This document shows positions 35,251 through 47,929 of a DNA stretch of 64,000 bases, piece after piece (the stretch's first letter is position 1; every line of letters starts with the position of its first letter). The stretch is taken from positions 62,001 through 126,000 of the forward strand of contig MCFE01000108.1 of NCBI GenBank assembly GCA_002104905.1, read 5' to 3'. The notes beneath the pieces are model-generated. The model was not told the DNA's origin. It saw nothing but the letters and a program-made list of their open reading frames with translations, and searched no databases. This stretch comes from Basidiobolus meristosporus CBS 931.73 (lineage: Eukaryota; Fungi; Basidiobolomycota). The position numbers and the translations under genes are program-made.

Positions 35251-38200
35251 AGACTTGTTCCATTGTACCATGCCAGGGCACGCAGCACAATCCGCAGTTG
35301 TAAAGAATGATCAAGAGCAATGTTATAGCTACCAGAAGGCAGGATTGTTCTTGGACAATCTTGCACACTATGGCACAATCTGACACAATGAGGTTGGCAC
35401 GGATGATTGCGCCAACTCATAATGTTTGCATCATGTGCGCAAGCAGATACCTCTATAATGGCAGGTAAAATCCGGTATTTGGATATGTTTCTTTAATGTA
35501 AATGGAAATAAATGTGTATCACACTATAAACTACACTGATACTTACCATTTTGGTTACCCTCACTCCAATTAGACAGTATCTCAGTGGTTAATTGGTCCA
35601 AAAGTATCCTGAAGCTGGCAGCCCCCAATTGGCTCATTGACTACTGAAAAAGCTACCTGATTTGCCATCAAATATCCCATTTTGCCCATTGAGCAAGTAA
35701 ATCCCTGATCTTAGTGATTGGACAGGGTGTCATAGCTAGCACGCAAGCAATTGTGTATGTGCAAAACAGATCCAATAGCTGCACTGGTATTATAGATGAC
35801 GTATATATATGCAGGGTGTTTATTTATAGAGGTTCTGTCTCAAATGTAAGACAACCTTGATATTACTTATATCAAAATTTGATGATCACTGATTTGCAAT
35901 GGCTTGATTTGGATTGCAAAAAAAAAGGGTTGTCGGGATCATTACAAATGTGTGCAATTCAAAGCAATTGCATAATCTTCTCCTGGGTTTTTTTCTCACA
36001 GGGACGACTACTGAAGCATTTGATAGTGACTTACTTTGCACACCTATACTACTTCCTGGCTGACTATCATCTTGGCCACTTGTGTATTCATAGTCAGTAT
36101 TTTGCCTCCTAGTTGATGAGTGCAATGCTGCAGCTTGGCCGCGCTGAATTGCTCCAACTGAACCAACTGAACCAGCCTGTAGTGCCACACGCTGATGCAT
36201 TCTTTTACTTGCCAAGGGCTCTGGTGGTTGAGGCACTTCATGTTGGTCATCATCAGTCAGTTCACCAGAAGTAACTTGCTGATGGTCAGGCAAAATGGCA
36301 CGCGCAGGCGCACCTTGACACGTTGAGATGGCCCTTGCCTGAGTTTGATGTGATGCTGCATGTTGACGCAACTTGGTCCACTCCAATGGACTTGTGTCTA
36401 AATGAGCAGTTTGGCAAGTTCTTGTAGTTTTGCTCTGAAGCGCGTGCTTTGACCCAACACGCTGTGGTGGTGTATAAGTCCAAGGGAGAGATACGTCCAA
36501 CACTTCTCAAGTGTTTTGTGTGTGGGGTGTTCACTGGGTGCAATAACCTCTGGCAAAAGATTGCTAGGAATACTTGGGTTCTGTCTCTAATCTAATGTGA
36601 AGGGGAATAAAGCCACAAGCTTGTCAAGGGAAAACTATTGAGCTACAATCCCCTACTTAGTTGGCGTCTTAACAAAAGTATGTGCTGGGTTCAGCGTCCT
36701 TTGAGATGACAATGTACTAAAGCTTCCAAAGTCAAAACAACTGTAAACTCCACCAGCAGGGACTTGATAAGAATGCAGCTTTGGTCAATAGTTACAAAGA
36801 CAGAAAAGTATCTTTGCCTGTACAAGAACAAACTTGGGAAAGAATCAAATATAATAAAAGATACCTACTCTGAGTATTCCTCACAAGTAGTGCCTCCAAG
36901 GTCAGTTGGCTGTCAGCACGGTTTCCTGGGAGTGTCCTGTGGTCTAGGGTTGGAAGTTCAGGTAGCAGCAGGTAGCAGTGATCACACTAATCAACAAGTC
37001 GGTATATTGATAAAAGGGATGATGATTTATTGTCGAGGGATAGCCTCCCTTATATACTTTTCTTACTGGCTAAGTGATTACTAATCATGGTGTTCCAGAA
37101 GGTTCCGGATATCAATAGAAATCTTAATGACATCAGAATGACCTAAGAATGTTCTAAGTAGGTGCCGGAAGGTTCTAAGAGGCACAGCACATCCAACCAA
37201 TCAGGAATCAGTATTCTGAAACCTGTGTAACATGGGGATACCATATATGGTATGGAAATGGTAGGGATAGTGACACGGGTTGATCATGTGTCACGGGTAC
37301 TGGCGCGGGTACTTGCCTAATATAGTAGCACTTGTAGCTAGTAATCTTACATAAAGTGAGGGGTAACTTATGCAAATGGTAAGCAGGTGTGATAGTCAAC
37401 CGGCTTATGGGATAGTACTGACTGGGTAAGACAAATGGGATAAAACTAAAATGAGTGTAGTAGGGATATAGGGAAGTAGAAAATAAGGGAATGAGCACAT
37501 CTGTCAGTGGGTGTCACTGTCACCCCACTACAACGCGTTGACTCAATGCGGGGTGTTCTGGTAAAGGGTGTTGGCGTGGTCTGGACTGACGTGTGCCGGC
37601 GCGCTGTGGTTGCAAGAGATGGTAGGGGATCCAGCAAGGCGTGCTGGCACAATCTGGACAATATTGCTTGCAGTCTGTATTCTTCCTCCTGAAGCTCACC
37701 ATCTGATTCCTCACGGTATTCACTTACCCTCTGTCTGATACTTTGGAGCTGTTCCCTGGATGAGTCCTGCGTATATTGCTCTTGGAAGCCACTTAGCTCT
37801 ACTAATATATCACATAGTACATTAGTCATTTGAGGCAAAAACTCATTCAAAATCTCTTTGGTTCCCAAAGTTGAGGCACAAACGGAAGCGTCCGGCCTGT
37901 ACTGTGCAATTTGCAGGCCAAATTGTTCCCGCGCGGCTTCTTTGTCAAATCCCCTCACTCTCAGCTCATTCTTGATTTCAATACTTGTCTTGTTATATGT
38001 CTTCTTACATACATTGGCTGGCATCTTGATGTAGAACTCATGCCACAGCTTTCTACTCAAATTCTTCCATCTTTGTTGACTCTCTGAGGTATGTAGTTCT
38101 GCTATATTAATCAGTAGTGCCCAAATATCTGTATGAAGGCTCATCATAGACACTTGGGCCATACTGAAATCATTTGGTGGGAACTCAAACGGATCAGACT

Positions 38201-39718
38201 TTGACTTTTCTGGTCTGGACCGCGCTTGTGAGCTGGGGGATGGGTTTTGTCAATGTTGTCTAAAGATGAGTTGAGGCTTGGTATGGGGACCATAGCAACA
38301 GATTTGGATACGTATACAGCAGTTTATTAGCATCAACCTGGTCTTATATGAAATATATATGAAAACTAATGTGATTGTTGAATTTTCCATATATTATGCA
38401 TGATGCATCTTGGATTGCGTTGACATGGATCAGATCATATCAATTGCAGATTTCCTATTTGATTATAGACCTATGATTAAAGCATCAACAAAAGTACCAA
38501 GGCATTGTTTGCAGATGATTTAGCAACATAATGATGGGATACATGGCAATTGATGGAGATTTAACCATGATGTATTAAAAATCAGATAAATAACGCAGAT
38601 TGTGCCAAATCAATTCAAACCGCCTCCATATGATCATTCACCAATTTTAATATGACTTACTCATCTGAATGGTCTTTTCTCATCAATCCCATTACTACCA
38701 CTGGATTTCCTTTTGACACACTAGAGGAGATCTATTCCAAGTACTGTGGACCATCAACCCCAATCTACTCAAGGAGATCCCTTGTTAAGCTTCTGTGCTA
38801 TTACAAGAACTATTGCCCTACAAGGTTTCATCCCACCATCCATGGCAACAAAAGTCCTAGAAGCTTTCATTCCCAGCTGACAGCAATGGAGAACCACCTT
38901 GCAGAGGGTATGAATGACTTAGAGCAAGCTTGGAATACTAGGCTCAGAAGCTCCAATAGACTTCCATATCCCAGAGTGTTCAGCAACAGGTTCCATATCA
39001 GGAGTATTTTGGATACCTTCCCAGTGAGGATTAACAGACCTTCTAGAGGGCAGAGGCACTTTTATTCTGGCAAGTACAAGGCATACTGTGTGAAGTTTCA
39101 AGCACTGTCGGACATTGAGGTAACATCATCCGGTTTAGTGGGCCATTTGCTGGATGTAGGCATCACAAAGCACTCTGGGTAGAGAATCATCCTGAATTCA
39201 GTAGAGGGGACAAATGTATGGCAGACTTAGCCTATATAGGAGAGGATTGTCAGAGATTGGGATGTATTACAGCTTATAGGAAGCCAAGGAATGGTGTGCT
39301 CAGCAGGAAGCAGAGGCTCTACAATGAGATATTTAATCATTTCAGAGTAAGGGTAGAGCACACATTTGGATATCTGAAGAGATTCAGCATATTGGCAGGT
39401 AAATACAGAGGAAAGTCATATATAGGAGAAAACAGCAGAACAGGTAAAATAGTTAAGATACTTATTAATGCACAGTATGTTCATACAAGAAGACTTCCAC
39501 TGAGAGAAATGTGTCTGGAGCATTATGAAGAGTAAATAAAGCAAGGAAAGCACTATTCTGAGCAACATAAGTAAGATTAAGTAAATTTACCAGTAACTGC
39601 ATCATACCACTGGCATCATGGTAGAAATTATAGTGCCAGATAATGCCGTAGAGTGCCAGATCAATCTGGCACCATAAACAGGCTGGCGCTATGTGGCACT
39701 ATCCAACGGAACAAGTCT
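35251..39718. mobile_element. PHIS copy E (3394 bp without the solo LTR), flanks ATA/ATT
   Basis: Both TIRs are perfect; transposase 38652..39535 (+) has a 1-nt deletion at ~39120; ORF2 (-) is disrupted by a solo LTR. Confidence 0.95.
36463..37532. mobile_element. Solo LTR, 1070 bp, TSD ACGC
   Basis: acgc|TGTGGTGG ... CCCCACTACA|acgc, inside the ORF2 15-bp repeat. Confidence 0.94.
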
Positions 39719-40082
39719 ATTGGCTGATAAGTTAATTGGAAGCTCACAGCTTAGGGATACTTTTGGATCAATGAACCACTGGAATATTTCCAAATACAGA
39801 TATGGTAATAAAAAAGTTGTATATGAGTAAAGTTTATTACATTAAATGCATATATTTCCATACACTCTTAGTGAGCATATTCACCAGCAAGATCTTACCT
39901 GCTACAATGGTGGTATCTCATTGCTCACTTGATACAAGTGGGCACAATTATCTGTGCCAACTGCAGTATGTCAGTTGGTGCCATAGTGTGTGAGATTTTC
40001 CACATGAGGCAAAGTTATCCAAGTGTAATTTTGCTGACTGGTAGCTACAATATCACACCTGCTTCCTCTTAGAAACCCCAGA

Positions 40083-40900
40083 TTGGGCTCTACACCATGT
40101 CAGAGTATGATGGAGCATCTCTTCATTGGAGATGGCAGAGCTCTTGATACTGTGGGACAGGGAATTATTGAAATAAGCCTTCAAAGTAGGAAAGAAAACC
40201 ACTTACTTACCTTCAAAGAAGTACCCTTTGCAGCTGGAATACTCAAGATCCTATTATCTATGAGCAAGGCTACAGCAGAAGGACTTTTGTCAGCTCTGAC
40301 TATGCTGGATGTAGGATTACCAATGAAATTGGTGCCCATATTGCCTTTGGGACAAGTGATCACAATCTCCAAAAGTTGACTTATTTTTCTTTGTATCTGG
40401 AACTCAGAACTAGCAACTACAGTGGAGAGACACCAATGCTTTGGCACTGTAAATTGGGACACATCAAGCTTAGATATTAGTACAAAGTGATCAAAGCTTA
40501 GCCAACTACCTGAAAAATCATTGATCCCCAGCTAATTTGGGGCATTTTGATACCTGCATATAAGCAGGGCAATCAAGTGAGCTGGCAAGAAGTTGTTAAT
40601 TTATTAAAACTACGTAAATACTGGATCTTACTTGCTCAGAACTCTGTGGGCCCATGCAAAGCTATAATATAACATCTAGTGATGATTATGCAAGTTATAT
40701 GTGGGTTTGCTCACTAAGAAGGTGGAATAAGCACTGTCTAAGCTCAGGGAGTATAAAGCAATGGTAGAGAGATAAACCTGGTAGAAAACACAAAAGCATG
40801 TGCTGATGATTGTACAGATCATACTTCAACACTATTTATCCATGCCAAAAATGTCAAAAAATGCATTTTCTCCAGCATAGTAGGTGAAACACAGAAACTG
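40083..40900 (+). pseudogene. Ty1/Copia protease-integrase fragment
   Basis: ORF 40083..40379 is homologous to 54028..54783 (GDGRALDTVGQG...LTFKEV). Confidence 0.85.
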
Positions 40901-41002
40901 CTTTCTATGAAGATGCAGGACAATGTCTCATAACCTATAGCCAGATTTACATTCACTCTGCCTCTCTTGGACACTATGGCACTATTTGCCATTGAAGGCT
41001 GA

Positions 41003-41530
41003 TGTTATCATGATCACAAGATATCCTTGACCAATCTTGATCAGGCCAACTCAAGTTGGTGAAGCAATATCAGTGCCTTTCAGAAAGTCCCACCACATTC
41101 TAGCAGCTTCTTGAAAGCTCCAAGTCAAGGTTACACAATGCAATATTGTATCAAAGCTTCCCTTTGGGACTTATGTGAGTCAGTCATCATATGGTAGCTG
41201 CATGTAGCATGACCTAGTCACATGATCAGCTGACCCCTAGCATATCCCCATGTTATATTCAAGTCTGTACCTTAGTATATTTCTATCTTGGCACACTTAC
41301 TGTGTCTCACCCCAGAACCTCAACAGGAATAGACAATATCTCTTGACATCCATTTTGCCAAAAATATTTATAGTCCAATCCCTCTTTGTGTATTCTTCTG
41401 TCAGATAAACACAGATCTTGAATAAACTACCTTGCCTTGGAATCTGCCTTGCCTTGTTGATCCACACCTAAGTCCTCTCCTGGTACTGCCTTGCCTAGTT
41501 CTACTCTCCTGCCTTGTGTCTACTCATAAT
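41003..41530 (+). repeat. Solo LTR of the chromovirus family
   Basis: Reverse-complement homolog of 27719-27975 plus 31390-31685. Confidence 0.8.
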
Positions 41531-41677
41531 TAATGTGGCACTATCTGATGGAATGATTCTAATCACCAGTCAAATGTATGATTGATAATTATAAATCACA
41601 TGGTCTTTACAAAACAAATACCTATAATGTGTCTGGGGAGGTTCCATCAGCATTTATGGAGAGGCTGGGGCCATCTC

Positions 41678-42050
41678 TGTTGCAGTACTTGAAAGAGCCT
41701 TCTAAGTAATGCAGAGGACCAAGGGATTTACATGTCATTCATTTCAAACTTACTATGGTATTGATGCTTTTGATGAAGCAAGATAAGTAAGCATGTCAGG
41801 TTTGTTAAGGAAGGTCCCAAAAACTCATATTTAAAGCTTGGGTTCTTTTGGACAGCTTTGAAAAAGGTTATAGTCTTGGTGCATGTTGATTTGGTGAAAA
41901 AGTTCCAAGTAAATCCTAACAGAAAGTGTGGTTGTTACAGAATGCTAATCTCTGAATAAGATATATGTGACCAAGTTATCATCAATACTGAGGTGACAAT
42001 TGCTAATTTTAACACTGTCACTTAATATAAAACACCCATGTAATAAATAC
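41678..42050 (-). repeat. Old Copia-family LTR remnant
   Basis: Similar to 49791-50100 and 51518-51866. Confidence 0.55.
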
Positions 42051-42055
42051 ATATT

Positions 42056-42265
42056 AGACTTGTGCCATTGTGCCATTGGTCATAGTGCCAGAAAGTGCTG
42101 TATATTTTGTTTTAATTTGATATTATAGGGTCATTTGCATGTCAATTTTAATTCCACATTGGCACTGTATGGCACCATCTGGCACTCTGTGGCATGATCA
42201 GGCACCATCTGGCATGCTATGGCACTATTGGGCACTATGATCAGCTGGAATGATGGAACAAGTCT
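42056..42265. mobile_element. MITE of the PHIS family (210 bp), flanks ATT/ACT
   Basis: Sister of 16352..16562; right TIR is perfect. Confidence 0.92.
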
Positions 42266-43569
42266 ACTGGGGATTTGCAAGCTCCAGTAAAGTGTATAAT
42301 GCTTAACAACTTTGCATAATTGACCAATATATTATCCAAAAGTATAGGCATTTGTATTCAACTTAAGTGAACATTTGAATATCAACCTAATAGTATGCCT
42401 ACAAATCACAGTGATCTGAGCATAAAACTATTGGTCAGCTTTGAGCATTAGCACATGCTTGAATAATGAGCTATGTTTATCATGCTGTTACTATGATAAA
42501 TAATCTCAACAGTCTAATTCTTTTAGACAACTTTACCCTATGTTCAAGTCAGGCTCAGGGCCAGTTACCTTCAGCATATAGACTCTATATGAGTTAGGGA
42601 ATAATGACCGACTTTGGGCCAAGTTAAGGCCTTGTTATTTACACCTGACTCAGTGTTTCCTCATCTACTGGGCCTTTGGCACATAAAACATGGATCAAAA
42701 GTGACTTTTGCTCAATTCTGAGCTGTAATGGCCTACTCCCATCCAAGCCTCATCTGCTTTGTAATATAGATCCACAAAGATGATTCAGAATGGTTGTCTT
42801 TGCCTCCCTTGAGTAAGAGTAACATTGCTTGAGCTAATTACTTCTTTGAAGTTGATTGAATGTACATTTTCTTCTTGATTGATCAATACAGTATCAGATA
42901 ATACCATAGGTTGTTTGGTGGCTACTGTTAGAGTGCCTGTACTGACTTGGATAGATGCTGCTTCAGCTTCATAGACAGCCAATTACAAGTTTCAACAATG
43001 GAAGCACTGCTGCATATATACTGCTATGTCTGACAGTTGAGCTAAGGTTTCATGACTCCTCTGAGCTTGCTGGCCTGGAAGCTTCATACAAGTGGCTCCA
43101 TGGAGCATATATGCATTGCCAGATAGTCCAAATATAGCCTACATTAATTTTGGCTCCATTAAGAAGTATCCTAATTTGCAGTAGTAGTATTTTGTCAATT
43201 TTTTCTTCTTTTTCTTTTTTGGCTGGTGACTCAGGGAAAACTCCTTTGATGGGATGACTCTGGACTTCCTTGCTTGTAGGACTATGTTGTATCCAAGTAG
43301 AGAAATACTCCTGACATTATTGGTACAGAATATTTGACTACCTGTGAGTGAGCTAATCAAAACTTGTATATGCTTAGATCAACCATTACCTCTTGAAGAG
43401 CTGACCAGATTTGATCAAATAAGCTCCATTTGAGATCTAGTTTCATCAGTACAATAATATTGTACTTCAGCTGGGCAGTATTCTCAGTAGTAGAGCTTGA
43501 TGGTGATGTGATCAATTGCGATGTTTCAGAACTGACCCAAAGAAACTGCATATCCCCAATTTTAATCTC

Positions 43570-44720
43570 CTACAGCATTAAATGATATATATAATAACAC
43601 ATATAGAGTACTGTGGTAATGGAAAGTATTCCATTACTACAATATCTCAAAACCAATAGTGCACTCATTTCTTTATTTTGCTTTTGCTGTTGTAACACAC
43701 AGGTGAAAGATCAAGAATTTGCCGCTTTGAAGGGCAAGTACTCCAGACCCTGACAAGCAATTCACCCAGGAGTATTATGTCATACAGAACACAAAGTAGC
43801 CAGCACATGATTCAAATTGCTGCTCATTTGGAGCAGTATTTGAGGAGTTATGTCCAAAAGAGTCCAATTATTATATATACTAGGTCTCTATTGCTAAGAT
43901 TACTATAATGACTTTGATTGCGTGTAACTTTTGAACCAGCCAATCAAATCACATGAAATCTTGACAGGCCCTGCGCCTATGTCCAATCTACGCTACTGCA
44001 AAAGTTTAGCTTTGTATCACATGTATTGCTTGCACAATTGCTCAAAAACTTTGATCCTTCAGAAATTTCATATATATGACTTCCCCAGCTGAAAAATAAA
44101 GGAGAGCCTCTCTTTCCAGAATCTCCACACTACAATTACCAGTTTAAAGGTTATAAGACTTCCCCTGCATCACTTGCACCGTTGAGTATTCTGACTTTGA
44201 TTGGTACTACTTCAGTAAAGAGACTGCAAAGCTCACAAGAATCCAATCTAGGTTCTACAAGAAACTACTACTTCTCTGTTGGAAAAGTCTCCTCTAAGAA
44301 GCCCCTTTACCCTAAAGACACCCCTTTATGCACCCCTTTAGACACCTCCTTAGGTCTAAAGACCCCTCTAGAGACTTCTTCAACACACCCCTTTAGGTTA
44401 AAGGGGAGCTCATAATTTCCATATTAGGAAATATTTTCTCACAAGGGAAAGCGCCTTCCAAATCAGGAAAATTTATTATAAAAGTAAATAAGCCCATTAG
44501 CCAACAGAAGGTCAGAACACTGCTGTTGAAGTGAGAAACACTGCTTATAGTATATTTTGAGCCTAAGATTGAGGATATTAGTGAAAGTTATATCTTCTAT
44601 TGGTGTATCAAACTCCCAATAAACTTTTTCAGTATTAGCATACTGGAAGTTGTTGTGTATTGTTGATTAGCCTCTACATTGTTGAACAAGCCCTAAACTA
44701 ATCATAATACAACACAACAG
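43570..44720 (-). pseudogene. tnp2 C-terminal relic plus the left part of the 800-bp insertion
   Basis: Colinear with 8400-9660 and has the same junction gacttccccagctg|aaaaataaa. Confidence 0.7.
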
Positions 44721-45349
44721 TACCTTCTATCTTCTGAGTGCTCTTGGGTGTGTGCAGGCCAGCTTTTGATTAGTTGTGTACTCTTTTCAGCCTTGCTGTT
44801 AGTTGCTTTGCTCTTTTTGACTGTAGGTAGAGCTCACTTGCATTGATTTTGTTAAATTTGTATAAAACTCTCTCACACTGTTTGGATTCTAGAATAGAGT
44901 GATAGCATGTCTAAAAGCTCCTTTTTATCTCCTGATATACTAGCTTCTGTATCAACACACTTGATATTTATTCCATTTTTCCAATCAATCATGCTTTACA
45001 TATCCATGCTCAAGAAGGATATCTTATGGACTGTATACTGGTAGGATTGTTATAATTCTGGAGATTTATTTGGGAGATCTTCTTCCATCATTAGCTAGTC
45101 CAAGATGGCAGCTAACAGCTCCAGTGCTTGCCTTCTCAGTCTTATTCTCAGTGGCAACAGATTTTGGTAGAATTCTACTCTGGCAATCACTGAATAGTGT
45201 TCTATTTTTCTGTATTTCAGGACAGTATCCTATCAAAAAGCTTACTTAACAGTCTATTAGGGTCATATGAATAGATGTATAAATGTTTTGCATTGAATTT
45301 CTAGACCTCATTTGCAGAAGTTACTCTGTTTTACTCAGTCAGAGTAAAG

Positions 45350-47772
45350 TACTAACATTCCACACCCTATGAGGAATTACTGAGATGATCCTGTCCAAAG
45401 GCCATCCCAAAGTTAAAGTCCCATGACTAAGAGGTACTGATCATGTTGGGACACCATCCAGAGACCATTGAAAAATAATTGCACCCCATATTTCACAACA
45501 AACTTGGTCAAAACTTTTCATCACAACAATGTACAAGTGGCTTTTGATTGGTTCCCTGCCAATTTGCTCACTTTCTGATCCTGGACACTCTATTGCCTCC
45601 TACAATTGTGTGAATTGATTGGCTATTGCCTCTTTCTCACACTCCTTACTTTCTGACTCAACTGTTTGTCTTACTTTTCATGCATATGAATTGATTTATT
45701 GCTGTTGAAGCTTTAGTTGTACCACAATTGCCAATTGTATTGATCTATACAGGTCTCCATACCCTACACTAACATTATGCCCAACCCCATACTCAACAAG
45801 TAATTCCATTAAAATCCACCACTCAATAAGTATTTCTGCTGTAACGCTCTGGTTCCACAACTTTGGCAGGAACTCAATGGCTTTATGCCACTGTTCATTC
45901 ACCGGTTCCCACACATCCTGGTTTTCAGCCAGCACTGCAAGGTCTAACTCCTCATCTGCCAGATTTTGCAATAAATCCGTGCAATATTCCAGTGCATTTT
46001 CTTGAGCACTGCTCTTGAAGATGTGCTGCAACATCTGGTTGTGCCTATCAATGTTCCAAGCTCCACTGAAGGCATTGTGATAGTCTTTTGAGCTCTTGAT
46101 GTTGTAGCCTTGTCTGTCAGTGGGACCTCCACCTTGTCAACAATGGAGGCTGTGGAAGCTGCGGAGGCTGTGGTAGATAAATTGCCTTTTTCAGTAAACT
46201 CATCTACCATGCTGGAATGTAGCTCAACTGGCTGTGCTTCCGATTCTTGTGAAAACAGCATATTTCTTGTTGGTAATTCTTCTTGGCTATGATGGGTTTC
46301 AGTCTGTTCCTTGCTTGCCACGTAAATTGGCCAGAACTGCAGTCTTTTTTGCACGCCTCCCTGTTTCAGGCTTGGGTAGACATTTTTCCCTTTACCTTTT
46401 CCTTTATCACTACTGAGTGTCTCACTGCTACTTTGTCTGAGTGCTACTTGTAAAAAACTACACTTTCTCCTGGATAAATTCTGCTTTGATGCATCTGTTT
46501 TGGCCTGCCTGTCCCTTGCAGGCACTCTTCTGGCAACCTGATGTTTCTTTTCTGCTTGTTTTGAGCTCTCAACTGTAGTTGTGACAGGCTCCTGTAAAAG
46601 AGGCTGGTTTCTATCACTGCAAGGTCCTTCACTGCTACTTTGACTGGGTGCTTCTTGAGTGGCACTATGCTTTTTCCTTGATAAATGTTGTGCTGGTGCA
46701 TCCATGTCTGCCTGCTTGTCCCTAATTGGCACTCTCCCAGCTGTCTGATGTCTCTTTGACACTTGTCTGGAGCTTTTGGCCCTGCTTGTAACAAGCTCTT
46801 GAGGAAGCAGCTGGTTTTTAGCCATGGCACCCATGCTCTTCTGCCTTTGATAGCTACTGCTATTCTCAAGATACTTTCTTTGCATACCAAGGCTGGCCCA
46901 AAATCTGTTTGCCTGTTTGAAACCAGGATAATGCTCATGGAAAAAGTCAGTGCATTCTACTTGGCCTTGAGTTCCTAATGTTACCATGGTATGCTGGCCT
47001 TAAGGTGATGGCGTGCTAGACTTCTGACAGCCTCTTGTATATTAGCCCACTCTTCATTATTGCACTAAACAGCTTCATGGATCTTCAATGTTTTTTGATC
47101 TTTATGCTTTGGTGTAAACACCACATTGTCTCCCTCCCATGCTATGCTAGATTTTTCTGTGGGCTTTATCTTTGGGCACTGTGGTTGCGCTTCAAAGACT
47201 GTATGTTGTTCCTCTGCTGCTACATTGGGAAATGGCTCAATTCTTGGCTGTGACATTGACCTACTGGAGTACCCTCTTTGCAGCAAAGATACTGCTTTCT
47301 CTACCTGGGATATTGATTGCTCTACATGTATTATCTGCTCATCCTGTTTCTGGACTATTTTCTGATTTCTCTGGGCCATTGCATCTATCCTATCTGCCAC
47401 TGCACCTAATTGCTTCATTAATGCTTTGGTATGAGCTGACAACAGACTTGCTAATATGGGAGGTGGTGATGTTATCATGGCCACTTGCTGATCTTCAACT
47501 GAGGGTACTATGCTTGCTACATTCCCATCTGCCTGAGCATAATGGTCAGCTTGTGGCTTCACAGAGGTTCTCAATTGCCTACTTGACTGAGAGCCTGAGG
47601 AGTCTGCATTGTTACCTTCAATGGGCACACTGTCCACAGGGCCTGTTTTGGATGTAGCCCTGCTTGTTGCACTGAATGTCAAAGCAAGCTGTTGTCCAAC
47701 CATTCTTCTGTTGCCATCAGCAGCAGGGTTTGGTTGAGAACCAGACAACTTTGCTTTATTTTTTGGTTGCAT
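45350..47772 (-). pseudogene. Large accessory ORF of the CACTA-like element (coiled coil, helical domain, ~70-aa repeats)
   Basis: ORFs 47065..47772, 45944..46987 and 45696..46034 can be joined across stops and frameshifts; copy 467..763 reads through the 47065 stop. Confidence 0.6.
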
Positions 47773-47929
47773 ATAAATGGAAGTGAGTCATGCCAAAGTG
47801 GAAATAGTGCTACATACACATATGTATGGGGTACCACAACTTTATTTTTAATGCTTACTATGGCAGGTCTGCATTAAATCTTACATTCATGTAGGTGCAA
47901 TGTCTCAAATACAAGACTGTCTTAAGTTC

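Larger units (their letters stand above)
34650..40080. mobile_element. Old, diverged PHIS relative (34650-35250 plus 39719-40080) into which copy E inserted
   Basis: Both flanks of E continue homology to the ORF2 3' end and right-terminal region of copy C. Confidence 0.7.

Noticed and set aside
36764-37084. ~90-106 aa ORF recurring in the 1.07-kb LTRs (also 5058..5330, 31882..32211) as a possible LTR-encoded protein
   Set aside because: Recurrence follows from DNA identity. The frame is broken in the 19756-20832 copy, and it is antisense to the apparent TATA box.
42161-42240. Regular repeats as a CRISPR-like array
   Set aside because: 10-bp units with no unique spacers, inside a MITE, in a eukaryotic context with no cas genes.
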